A stretch of DNA of 64,000 bases from Rhodosorus marinus CCMP1338 (GCA_029953675.1 JAMWBK010000006.1:1178001-1242000), one strand, 5' to 3'; positions 40,370 through 51,969 are shown, numbered from the stretch's first letter. Translations and numbers: made by a program. The notes: generated by a model from the sequence alone, not told the origin.

Positions 40370-42294
40370 CTCACCCAAATACCAGCGTACATTAACCATG
40401 CTATATAGATTTTCTCTGCAGGCACACCTTTGCAATTTTCAACAGACCAAAGGACAACAGACCAAAGGACAAGATCGTGGTTGGGAATGATCTCCAGGGA
40501 CCCATCGACTTCCGAACTCTGTATCACGAAAAAAACCCAATAAAAGAAGTTTATATCAATATCTTGGTGGTCCTGAAACTACCTACGTTTCAAAACCTAC
40601 GTTCTCACAGCTTCGCTGCCTTCTCCCCCCTCAACCCGAACAAGTTGATTCAAAGCCCCTCATATATATCCATCATCTCTGTGCTCTCTTCCGCTGGATG
40701 GCTGTTAGGAGCCCTTCCTAACGTACCTCATACCTTAGCCTCCGATTGGACCCAACGAGAAGCTTCTCGTAGAATGGGTAGTGTCTTTCGCATTGACCCT
40801 CGAGAACTTCATGGCAGGCTCCTCACGGACCTGGCCTTCACAATCTGGTTTACTTAGCAAACTATCAACAGACACCCGGTGGGGTGTCCGAGGACAGGGA
40901 AGGGGGAGTCACAAGTGTGTGACTGACAAACTCCTCAGTGAACGTATAACTACTGGTACACTCGTAAATGCAACCCAAGAATTGCCTCACTACAGCTTGC
41001 GGTTCATGTGGCAAGAGCTTTTGCTCAAGACAGCAGGTCGGAGAGCTTCGTTAAGCGGCGAGGGTCGTCCATTGAACGCGCTGCTAAGTCGGCAGCGCTT
41101 GGAAAGTGTTGAGACTCTGGCGCCGTATTGCAGCTTTGTTGTTGGACGCGCGTCACCAGCGTCTCCTTTTACACTTCTCCAGGCAGTTGGGCTCTGAATG
41201 AACGCTTTGGTGATGATGAAAAACAATGAACGTACACAGGGTTGTGATGGGTAAGGACTCACAAGAAGCATACAATCGAGAAAGGACCATCAGCGAGGTC
41301 ACGGTAGCACTCACGCACACATATACAACCCCCAGCGCTATCTAACAATCCGAAGACCTTTATACGTAAGGGGACAAACCAGTGAGTAAGGGTAGACGGC
41401 GAAGTCTCACTCGGTAAAGCGCGTCCCCTCAATACCCAACGGAAGTTCTAGCCGACTTCTCGGTGCTGAGATACCAATGCAATTTGAAAGAGAAAACATA
41501 CGGTGGGTACAGAACTAGCTCATTCAGATATTCAGCAGTATAAAAATATAATTTTGGAAAAGATACATTTTATATCATTGATTGAAGGAGGGGTGACGAG
41601 TGGATAGGAATTTTCTTTTATAGTTGGCGATCGAGGCATCCACAGGTGGGCTTCAGTAAGAATCCCTTACCGGTCTTTCTATTTAGGACTTTATTTCCTA
41701 AGTTTCGTAAGAAGAAAATATTTTATTGCATTATGGGTGAGAAACTTCATGCACGAAAACCCCTTTTTGAAAATGTTGAAACATAGCTTGTAAAAGAAGC
41801 TCAGATACGCATGTAGTTGATTATTGGTTGAATGGAATTATAGTTGTTGATGATTGGTTAGAAAGTATTACGTATCCAATGGTACGGAACTTCTCACGTA
41901 TCCATTCCGATGACGACTCTTTGGATTGGATAGTTGATGTGGTAGAAACGCTTCCATCGGGTATATAGGTCATGAAGATAAGCTATTCAATATATATAAT
42001 GGATATAATTTGCATTTTTACCTGTTTTTTTATTTGGGGGTCGTGCTAGTGCCAATAGTGATTCAGGGTGACCTCGGGATAGTAAATGGCCTCCCGCAAT
42101 CATTGCAGGTTTCGATGTTTTGCTACACGCATGCTTCAACCTGATCTAGACTCAGCTACTAATCATCCACAATATTTCTAGTTCCATTCTTCAATTGTTT
42201 ATTTGCACGGTTAACTGATCTACTATAATATCTTACGCGAGAGGATGGTATGCCACCGCTACTGACCGCCACTGATCGTCTCTTTACAGGATGC

Positions 42295-43620
42295 CAACAC
42301 TAGAAAGTAAATTCACTCCTCACAGGATGTGCTCCTCTAGCTGATCTGCAAGCTTTCCCTTCTTCACCAGCCCGGTCACGTGCATCACGTCCTCTCCCTT
42401 TTCGAACAGCACCAAGTGCGGCAACGCGTTAACCTGGAACTTCGACACATATTCTGGTTCCTCGTCCACATTCACTTTGAAAACCTGCAGGTTGTCTTTG
42501 TACTCTGCCCCTGCCCAGTCCACTAGAGGCGAGATCAACTTGCACGGACCACACCACTTCGCGTAGAAGTCAACCAGAACCGGCTTGTCAGAATTCAGTA
42601 CAGACTCCTCAAAATCCACGTCCTTGAGACTCCTTACAGCTTTCATCGCCACCAAGCTCCCCCTCCTCGACTCCTTTCCAACCGCTCGCTTCACCGATCC
42701 ACCTCCTACTACATTCACAAACGCTACCATTTCTATATTCTCAACTCAAAACACAAGACAAACTCTTCTTCTTTCTCAGCTCTTCCTCCGTTCTCCTATA
42801 CTCCTCTCAACACGAACCCATCCCACCTGTAACCTCATCTTACTGCTCCTTATATACCCCCATACACCCCCGCACACCCCAAACCTCTAAACCGTGAGCT
42901 CTCCAGCTTCTTCTCAACATTCCTACCTCACTACCAGCTCAGAAAGTTCAGTGTTCCTACCCCGAAACCGATCCAGTTCAATCGTTTTAAACATCAACTT
43001 GGTTGAATCAAATATTGTAATTCAGTATTAAAACCCACATATGCAATCAATATTCCGACCCTTCCAGAACGAGTAAAGGGAAGCATCGCCCAGAGGGGGA
43101 CCTTTTCGCCCTCCCAGCAGGAATCGAATGCGGCTGGAAACCCCCCCCTTTGCGCAGTGTTCTAGAAGACGGCGAACGGAAGTAGAAAAATGAAAAGTCG
43201 CGCGGAGGAATAGACAGGTGTCCAACGATAATTGATGCAGCTGCGGCTGGGTGGCAATCGAAAACGGAGGATGTTTTCATTGGATAGTGAAAGGTCGGAT
43301 TTTGGTAGGATTCTTTTGCGTTTTGAGATCGAGAATGAAGATATTCGAGAGACCGAAGGGCCAGTGGCCAATTAAGGAACGGGAGTGCTTAGATACTTTG
43401 GACATGACGATTTGTGATTGGATAAAGTTGAGATATGGGTTGCTGAACGATGTCGTTTCAAATAGGCGTTCATGGGCCTCCACGCAGGACTTGCGCTCCG
43501 AAAGGAAGGACCTGCTGTTTGGCTGATCTCCTGGACGACAGAAAGTAGTATTTACAGCAATTGTGCTACAACGGATGAAACGTAAAACGGAATGCCCTGT
43601 ACGCAAGGACGGCGTACGAC
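42295..43620. repeat. Left arm of a 1,326-bp inverted repeat
   Basis: Reverse complement of 48613-49938. The ORF track lists identical ORFs in mirror image, and both ends were checked by eye. Confidence 0.95.
42320..42730 (-). CDS. Plastid thioredoxin (x-type-like), paralog B copy 1
   Basis: MVAFVNV transit peptide and WCGPCKLISPLVDWAGAEY. Confidence 0.93.
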   Translation of the reverse strand: MVAFVNVVGGGSVKRAVGKESRRGSLVAMKAVRSLKDVDFEESVLNSDKPVLVDFYAKWCGPCKLISPLVDWAGAEYKDNLQVFKVNVDEEPEYVSKFQVNALPHLVLFEKGEDVMHVTGLVKKGKLADQLEEHIL

Positions 43621-45150
43621 CTCAAGACTTGGGACCTACACGTCGCTTCGTTGCAAGTGTCAATTTTGTCCACTGCGCTGTTCTGTTTTCGTGATACGGC
43701 GCTCCTGAGGTATTGGAAGTAGTCCTGACAAGAAAATTTCAGGATGATGTCACTGGATTTTACGGCTACTGGATCTTGTCCAAACACATTTTCCTCGCCC
43801 CGTTTGTAGATCATGATGGCGGCGATTGGTAGCCATCCGGCCATCGCTACCGACTCGGGACCCACAGTGTTGTCCGCGGTAAGCAGGCTTGAGCTGGGAA
43901 ATTTGCTCAGTCGTTTCATTGATGGACTGATCAATTTGATGAGACTCTTTGTCGTCCTGTGAGATGTGGGTGTGGAGCTCCCAACCCCAGAGCAAAGACG
44001 GGGACTCCAAAGGTTCCTATCCCCACAAGCTATTCAGCTAGAAGGATACCAGAAATACTCCTACCAATTCACGTCGAGCAGTTCTCTAGTCCTTCCTGAC
44101 CGGAAGGAATAAAAACACAAAGCGTACAGAGACCCAGAGCAATGCTGCAGACTTTTCCTGGATTGACCGGTTGACTTGGACCAAGCAGGCCCTAGAGAAC
44201 TTCAGCACAAGAAATCAAACAGCCTGACAGACGGTGGGTCACACGCAGTTCAGACGCACCGAGGGGTGGAAGCTCCCCCAAAAGGATCACCGTTTCCGTA
44301 CGCCCTAAGTGCGAATGGACCGCTTCAGTCAAGAAGCAGTAGCAAGAGCAGAAAACAAGACGAAATGGTAAGGGACAAAACGGTGAAACTGATTTGCTGA
44401 AGGTACTCTATCAATCTGCCGAATGTTGTGAAATTCTTCCTCACATTCAGCTGGTCGTTCTCCCTGAACAGGTGTACTAGACAAATTATCCTTTCGATCC
44501 CACTCCTCAAGCCCTTTTTGGCAAACCGGGATTAGCTAACCTTTCCTTAGCTTCGTGTGGTTCTTGTTTGGGAACTCGCTCCCGAACTGGCTCACTAGTC
44601 AGCTCTTGCAAAGTGTTTTCATAGCTCGACTCTTAATGTCGCTCTCCGGAGCACGTTCAAGGTTACGGCCGTGCAGAAAGTTCGACAGGTGTTAACCTTT
44701 ATAGCGATCGAAGCATCTACCATCGGACTTTTTTAGTTAACCAGAAGCACCCTCTAATCAACGGGAATGAGCTAAAGACCATTGAGGAAGTCTACTTGTG
44801 AGCGACTCGACTTCGTATCCCTTTGCATTCTCTTTGAGACGATTCCGATCATAGAAGTGGTATCTCTTGTGATGAAGATACTTAAGGAAGCGTGTTTTGT
44901 CGTTGACAACAGCGGAGTACCGTTGGAGGAGTTTGGGTGAATGTCAAGGCTTTCGGTGAACCTTTTTAGGAATTGCGACTGGGAAGAGGTAGAAGGGCGG
45001 CTTGTGGTTTACCAGAAGAGGGGAAGGCTGGTTGACAGAGGAGGAGCGTTTTCGAGTTGTTCGTTTCGGGCGGACAGCATTGAGTTCTTCAGGTGACTGT
45101 TCTTTGGTCGCTGGGATCTGATCAAAGGTTCGTTTGTTCTGGAAATTATT
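43566..45150 (-). CDS. Possible multi-exon hypothetical gene, divergent from the Sec3-like gene
   Basis: A chain of protein-like minus-strand frames (e.g. KLLQRYSAVVNDKTRFLKYLHHKRYHFYDR; GLEEWDRKDNL; ORF 43566-43934). No family recognised. Confidence 0.35.
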
Positions 45151-45279
45151 TAGTTGTGGGTGTTGCGCTTAGGAGGATTTCATTACGTTAGAAATTGGCA
45201 TTAGGAAGATTGAGCGCAGTTGTGCGCGTGGATTGCGAATGGAATCGGCGGGGATTTGGGTAGCTGACGTTCTGTGGGT

Positions 45280-48180
45280 ATGAGCGAAGAACGTATCTTC
45301 GACGTCCAAGAGGAGGGTTCTCGAGGATCCGTTGAAAAGTCATGGTCGCTCGGAAGCCAAGGCGCGAGCCACAGACCGACGTCGAGTGCACGAGTCGAGG
45401 ACTCCGAGGAAAGAGGTATTGAGGAGTTTGTGGAGAGGATTCTGGGAGGAGAGTTTATCTGCAAAGGCGCGTTGTATGTTCTTAAGGTACCCAACTCCGG
45501 AACGAGAATCACCCGCGTCGCAAAGGGCTCCACTGGCAAGCACAACGACGCGAGGATCCTTACTCTGGTCCAGTCCAGAGCTGATACATCCCAGCTCTTC
45601 ATAAACAAGCTTTACTCGGAACCCGACGGCAGAGTTTCAAGAACGTGGAAGCTAAGGGATCTTAGTTCAATCTCCGTCTATCACAACCCAACTGAAACAG
45701 CCCCCCAGCGGTCCTCAGAGCTCTCTCTAACGATGGACAGACGCGTCTACCGATTTCGTGTGCCCAGCTCGACGTACTGTCGAAAATTCATCGGACTTCT
45801 ACAGGACAATTGCAAATTTCAGTATGGAAAGATCCCTAACTTTCATAAGAACAGACCGTTGGTGAGTTATCGCATTCTTCCCCAGCTTCTAAACTCTCCC
45901 AGTTTCTTCCTTAGCAATCGTTGAATATCCTCTTAAAAAAAAAGTCGGAGGAAGTACATTCACTCTAACGAACGCTGCTGTTTCCATCTTGTCCTGTGAA
46001 CAGAGACTCTTCGTCGTGCCTGCCGCCCTGAGACCTGGTAACGAGGCAGGACCAGTACCCGGGACCAGCAAGGAACGGGATACCTCCGAGAGCGGCCAAT
46101 GGCCAACTAGGGATGCATCCACGGTGAGACCACAGTCCTCTAGCTCTGGAAGAGATCAACAAAACCGGATGTCTTACAACTCACACCGATCGCATCGACT
46201 GCTATCTTGCATTGCCTTGTCGCAACCATCACCCAGACATCCAGCGCATCTCCAAGTCCACAACTTGTTAGGTCGTTTGAGATGCTGGACCTGAGGAACA
46301 CGGTGTTGGCGAACCAATCCACAACTCCTGGACAGGTTACTGATGAAGAGGAGGTAAGACCAAAAGAGGAAAATTAAGCAAAGTAAATTGAATTAATCAA
46401 GCCATGCCCCAACGTTCTGAAGGGGTGGAAGGCCATACAAGGTTCCAATAGGCTTAGCGGGTCCCGTCCCCTTCTCTTGAGCCTTGCCAAGCTGCTGAAT
46501 ACTCTCTCCTGAACCTCGAGCGCGAGATACAATTTATTTTGACATCCTTCTGATCGACGATTCCAGCTCTCCAGGTTGAGGGAGCGCGAGAGATTAGTGG
46601 AAGATCGGGAGCGGCTGAGGCTCAGTGAAGACGACATGGAAGCGCTCAACGACGTTTTGAATTTGATGCAGTATGATTGGAAAACGTCAAGCGGAACTCT
46701 GTTACAACGTATTCGAGTCGCGAGGGGTGTTCTTGAGATGGAAGCCGCGGCTGATGTCCTCGCCAATGATGGACTGTCTAGCGAGATGGAACAACTGGGA
46801 CAGGTCGCTAGGCAGATTGAGGAAGCGTGTCAGCCTCCGTCGGGAGGATCTTACAACAGGATTGTTAATGACGTTTCTGAAAAGATTGAGGCGCATAAAA
46901 TATTTCTTGAGAATGTGAAGGTTTGAAGAACGCGTAAATGGTGTGGAGCCCGTGATGTGGATGTGATCCTAAAGTGATGACTGTTTTGTTTCTCGTTTGG
47001 TCGCTCCAGAAGCTGTACGAGAATGTGAACAAGGTCGTTGAGAGTACGACTTTAGATGAACAAGAGAAGCGCCTCGTTCTCGATCTGAAGAACAGCGAAG
47101 GAAATCTGTTTGATAATAACCAATTCGTCCTGGATGCAGAGGATATCCTGTGTCGATCGCTCCTCATGAAGGTAAAGGAAGTCCTAATGGCTCTGTATTG
47201 AGTAGAGTCGGGTTCGATGCCACTGCTTTCATAGTGATAATAATACCCTCTCGAAAATCCGTAGCTTTCTTTTGAGAAATCCTCCCCACGGCTCCAAACC
47301 ATCGCCGCGGCAGGTGTTGGGAGGCAGGCTGTTCTTGACTCACTGGGGGATGTTCTAGATTACGCATTGAAGAGCCTGCGGGTATGTGTCATCGCTAGAA
47401 GAAAACTCCAGTTGTCTTCAATCTAACTCCTCATTTGCAACGGTGATGAATTTTCGGCCGCAGCGGAGGATAACTTGGCTGGCCTCATTGGACAGAGCGG
47501 GATCTGAGGAAGCCGTCAGTGATTCGGAAAACGTTCGAGCTTTTCGAGTTCTCGCTTGGTTTCTCTCCAAAGAACGTCCGGTTGCTTTTGAGGAGATCAT
47601 TTTGACATATCACAGCCGTGCGTCCATGAGGACAGAGCAGCGTTATCTCTTATATAGTGTCGAAATGCCACTTGATCGCGCTGTAAGGGAGGGGGATGAT
47701 GCAACACTTGCACAAAAAGGGAGAGCACTAATTGCTCTTCAATGCTTCTCTGGGGTCTCACGTAGGTGAACGAATTGTCGATTGACGTAGAGACCAGCGA
47801 GCGAGTACTGTCGTCATACTTGAGTGGGAATCTGGCGATATCTGGGGACAATCTCGAGCGCATGGTTTTGGGCTGTTTACGAGCAGAGTTCAGCTTTGTA
47901 TCCTCTCTTCTCGACGAGAACAACGCATCATGCGGATTCTTCGAAGTGCCCTCGAGTCGCAAACCAGTAGGTTTTCAGGACGAGCATGCGGACTAATCCT
48001 CAACCAGTACAGATCGACTGCCATGCTACTCTGTCTATCAGCTTTGCCCACCACGTGCGGGTCGTCGAAGAGGCTTGGGAAGGATGGTTGTTCGCTGTAG
48101 AAAAGCTCACTCGCGTTCAAGCTCAATTCGAACAGAGGAGCACCCTCAGCCACGAATCTGATATTTCAGAGGAGTGCTGA
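45280..48180 (+). CDS. Exocyst subunit Sec3/EXOC1-like protein, multi-exon; 3' end approximate
   Basis: N-terminal PH-like segment (ARILTLV..VSRTWKLRDLSSI..RVYRFRV), then coiled coils (ERERLVEDRERLRL, KLYENVNKVVESTTLDE), consistent with Sec3 architecture. Confidence 0.6.
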
Positions 48181-48612
48181 GCGCCTGTTGACCGTGGCAG
48201 CTTCAATGAGCCAACTGTGCCATACTACTAACAAATCTGAATTTTGTGTTCTGGATTACTAAATTATCAATTCTATTTTTACCAGGCTTTGCAAAGTGCC
48301 TGAGAACGAAACCTCTGATAGCAGCGGTGATTTCTGGTCCTGCGGACCAACGAACAATATTGAAACTGATTGCTGGCAACCGAGTTCGCGAGTGCACGAA
48401 AAGTGTTTGTCGATGCTGGTCAAAACTATCTTCGATTGCAGTCTCGTCGCAAGGCTTTTCGTTCCCGAACAGGCCGATTCCACCCATGATCGGCGTAATA
48501 CAGACAAAAATAGCTCTTAGTTTGTGCACAAGGCTTCGGAGCTGGTGCAGCCCATATGGATTTCGTAGCACAAACGAAGTTGGAGTTCGTACTCATATCT
48601 CCCGTCTTGACA

Positions 48613-49938
48613 GTCGTACGCCGTCCTTGCGTACAGGGCATTCCGTTTTACGTTTCATCCGTTGTAGCACAATTGCTGTAAATACTACTTTCTGTCGTCC
48701 AGGAGATCAGCCAAACAGCAGGTCCTTCCTTTCGGAGCGCAAGTCCTGCGTGGAGGCCCATGAACGCCTATTTGAAACGACATCGTTCAGCAACCCATAT
48801 CTCAACTTTATCCAATCACAAATCGTCATGTCCAAAGTATCTAAGCACTCCCGTTCCTTAATTGGCCACTGGCCCTTCGGTCTCTCGAATATCTTCATTC
48901 TCGATCTCAAAACGCAAAAGAATCCTACCAAAATCCGACCTTTCACTATCCAATGAAAACATCCTCCGTTTTCGATTGCCACCCAGCCGCAGCTGCATCA
49001 ATTATCGTTGGACACCTGTCTATTCCTCCGCGCGACTTTTCATTTTTCTACTTCCGTTCGCCGTCTTCTAGAACACTGCGCAAAGGGGGGGGTTTCCAGC
49101 CGCATTCGATTCCTGCTGGGAGGGCGAAAAGGTCCCCCTCTGGGCGATGCTTCCCTTTACTCGTTCTGGAAGGGTCGGAATATTGATTGCATATGTGGGT
49201 TTTAATACTGAATTACAATATTTGATTCAACCAAGTTGATGTTTAAAACGATTGAACTGGATCGGTTTCGGGGTAGGAACACTGAACTTTCTGAGCTGGT
49301 AGTGAGGTAGGAATGTTGAGAAGAAGCTGGAGAGCTCACGGTTTAGAGGTTTGGGGTGTGCGGGGGTGTATGGGGGTATATAAGGAGCAGTAAGATGAGG
49401 TTACAGGTGGGATGGGTTCGTGTTGAGAGGAGTATAGGAGAACGGAGGAAGAGCTGAGAAAGAAGAAGAGTTTGTCTTGTGTTTTGAGTTGAGAATATAG
49501 AAATGGTAGCGTTTGTGAATGTAGTAGGAGGTGGATCGGTGAAGCGAGCGGTTGGAAAGGAGTCGAGGAGGGGGAGCTTGGTGGCGATGAAAGCTGTAAG
49601 GAGTCTCAAGGACGTGGATTTTGAGGAGTCTGTACTGAATTCTGACAAGCCGGTTCTGGTTGACTTCTACGCGAAGTGGTGTGGTCCGTGCAAGTTGATC
49701 TCGCCTCTAGTGGACTGGGCAGGGGCAGAGTACAAAGACAACCTGCAGGTTTTCAAAGTGAATGTGGACGAGGAACCAGAATATGTGTCGAAGTTCCAGG
49801 TTAACGCGTTGCCGCACTTGGTGCTGTTCGAAAAGGGAGAGGACGTGATGCACGTGACCGGGCTGGTGAAGAAGGGAAAGCTTGCAGATCAGCTAGAGGA
49901 GCACATCCTGTGAGGAGTGAATTTACTTTCTAGTGTTG
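48613..49938. repeat. Right arm of the 1,326-bp inverted repeat
   Basis: Reverse complement of 42295-43620. Confidence 0.95.
49503..49913 (+). CDS. Plastid thioredoxin (x-type-like), paralog B copy 2, same protein as copy 1
   Basis: Same 136-aa translation as 42320-42730. Confidence 0.93.
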   Translation: MVAFVNVVGGGSVKRAVGKESRRGSLVAMKAVRSLKDVDFEESVLNSDKPVLVDFYAKWCGPCKLISPLVDWAGAEYKDNLQVFKVNVDEEPEYVSKFQVNALPHLVLFEKGEDVMHVTGLVKKGKLADQLEEHIL

Positions 49939-50217
49939 CCGTAAAAACTTGATTTGTAATCGCGTCCTGCTAGTCTTGTAAATAGTAATGCCAATAGTGT
50001 ACGAAACCTGAATGAAACAAACCAAAAAATTATTTTTCTAGCGACTGCATTTGCCAATGGCCCCAAGGGTTGTTACATCAGCAAATTTTCACTGTGAAAT
50101 GCCTGTGGACGTTGCACATCTAGAACACATGGCCAGGCACCAGTGCAGGCCTTTTCCTCACAGCGCACTAGAGGAACTGACGAGAATCAAGGCCATCCAC
50201 TCTGGCAAAAGCCGGCA

Positions 50218-51632
50218 TCATCCAGAAATCACCCAACGGTCCTTTGCTGTTACTACTTCCTGCTGTAGATTTCCAACTTCAACCTCCAGACTACCATAGT
50301 CGTACACGCCCACCACCGATACCCCAGCATTCTTCCTCTTCGGTAATCCTAGACAAACGCAGCAACGCAAACCTCAGCACGGAACAAAAACGTCACCCTT
50401 CTCCAAGGCACGAGCATTACCAAGAGCCACATAAATCTTCTTCCTGCTCAGCGCAAACACAGTCGGAATAGATGCCTCCACAGCCAGGCGCTTGATCTCG
50501 ACGACCTTCAACAGAACGACGAGATGCAGGAAAACTACTTCAGAAACGAGCATACATTGTTTCTGGTCTGAAAAAGCCTCCGAAGCAGGCCTGTGCCACC
50601 TTGAAGCGCATAAGGTTGACTATTTAGCATGACTCAGTCAGCACATGCCAAAAGACAACCAAGAATCCGATCATCTGGCTCCGGGTTGAATAGAACTATA
50701 GAGACAGCATCGACAACCTGAGCCGAACAATGTGCTCTGATGTCCACATGGCTCAGAACGATCGACGTCCATGGGAATGGAAGCCGTGGCTGAGGAAACC
50801 CAGCAGAGTGTGCCTTTCGGCTGGAATGGCTTCGGCGAGCTCCGTTCCAGTCTTCATCGCACAGAATTGCTTATTTTCGGGTGATTGTCTTGCACTTTAC
50901 CTTGTCACACGCTCCATCCTCAATGTCGGGAGCGATAAATAGCAGCTTGATCGTTCTGGCAAGAGCGCTTTGGTGGACTTGACGCAGCCCGGCTACGAAC
51001 CGTTTCTTTTTCCTGGGCTGGAGGAGGGAGCGATGGATGGAACGGGCATTCCCGTGAGAGAAGCAAGGCCTTGGGGCAGAATCGGAGGAGGTGGTAGTGG
51101 CTTGGAAGAGCTAGGAATCTTACCGTTTTGGGAGCGTTGGCTATGGCGTTGCTCTGAAAGCGGGCAAGTTCTGAGAGGATGAACGTAGTCTGGTTATCTA
51201 TTGAGTCGGTGAGAAGTTGATCGCAGTAGGGCTGAGGGTCCTCGATGATCTGACGTGGCAGTTGTTCCAGTCGAGCAGTTCTTATTTTTAAAGTCTCAAG
51301 CGAGCCTATTACGTAAGGAGCAAAGTTCAATTGAGTTACTTTTCAGGTTTGTATATAGTTTTGAATGTATGCACGCCCATACATAGCTCTAGACTTGCTT
51401 CTTTACAGTTGAGTTTCTCTCTGCCCTCCAGAACCTCCAGTTTTATTGCAGTTGGGCGCTTGGTCACCGGTGCCCCAGCTTCCGGGTCTCTTTTTTTTCC
51501 CTTATGAACATATTCTGGAGCGCTGCTGTCCAATGGGTTCCCACGGTTCAACCCCTCGGTCTTTGCGTTGGCACTCCTAGTCTTCCCCTTGGATTTCCCT
51601 GACGTCGAAGACCTGCGGGATTGAGGTTGCAT
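50218..51632 (-). CDS. SECISBP2: SECIS-binding protein 2 (SBP2); inferred exons 51632-51407, 51305-51124, 51017-50901, 50505-50421, 50348-50218 (741 nt, 246 aa)
   Basis: The spliced product contains NPLDSSAPEYVHKGKKRD..KRPTAIKLEVLEGRE (SBP2 Sec-incorporation domain), PYCDQLLTDSIDNQTTFILSELARFQ, and KKRFVAGLRQVHQSALARTIKLLFIAPDIE..IPTVFALSRKK..VSVVGVYDY (SBP2-type L7Ae domain). All four introns are GT-AG and preserve the frame. Confidence 0.9.
50809..50863 (-). promoter_or_regulatory. SECIS-like stem-loop inside SBP2 intron 3
   Basis: Sense sequence TGTGC G ATGA A GACTGGAACGG AGCTCGCCGAAG CCATTCCAGCC GA AAG GCACA: helix I, AUGA/GA core, ~11-bp helix II and apical loop. Confidence 0.55.
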
Positions 51633-51969
51633 GACAATCTCAATGGATCGGAGTACGTTTTAGGACATCTTTTTTCGGGGCTAATGGAATAACCATCTCC
51701 CAGACCTCCCACCCTCTTCGTAAAAGCCCTGCGAGATCCAAGTGCAAATGGCGCACCTCAACCGCCCGAACCTAAAAGGGAGGGGATGTGGCCGTGTCTG
51801 GTGGTAAGGAAAACTCAGAGGGAACTCCAAATAACCCGAAGTCTGAGGTTGACGATGAACAACTCTCACATCAAACCCCGGAACTCATTGCCTTCTGACA
51901 TGTCCCTCCTATTCATACCGCACGAACTATTAGTACACTAGCGTACCGTTAAGCAACCCTCCAATGTGC

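Noticed and set aside
43028-43606. Small ORFs (65-109 aa) duplicated in both inverted-repeat arms
   Set aside because: They appear twice only because of the duplication. They overlap in several frames and lie in the Trx upstream region.
42295-49938. Giant TIR (Pack-type) transposon interpretation of the inverted repeat
   Set aside because: No target-site duplication or transposase was seen, and the arms consist of host gene and promoter sequence.
50150-50220. SBP2 stop is TGA followed by TGC and 19 more open codons, suggesting Sec readthrough
   Set aside because: No SECIS-like structure was seen in the 3' UTR, the intronic hairpin would be spliced out, and the L7Ae domain is already complete.
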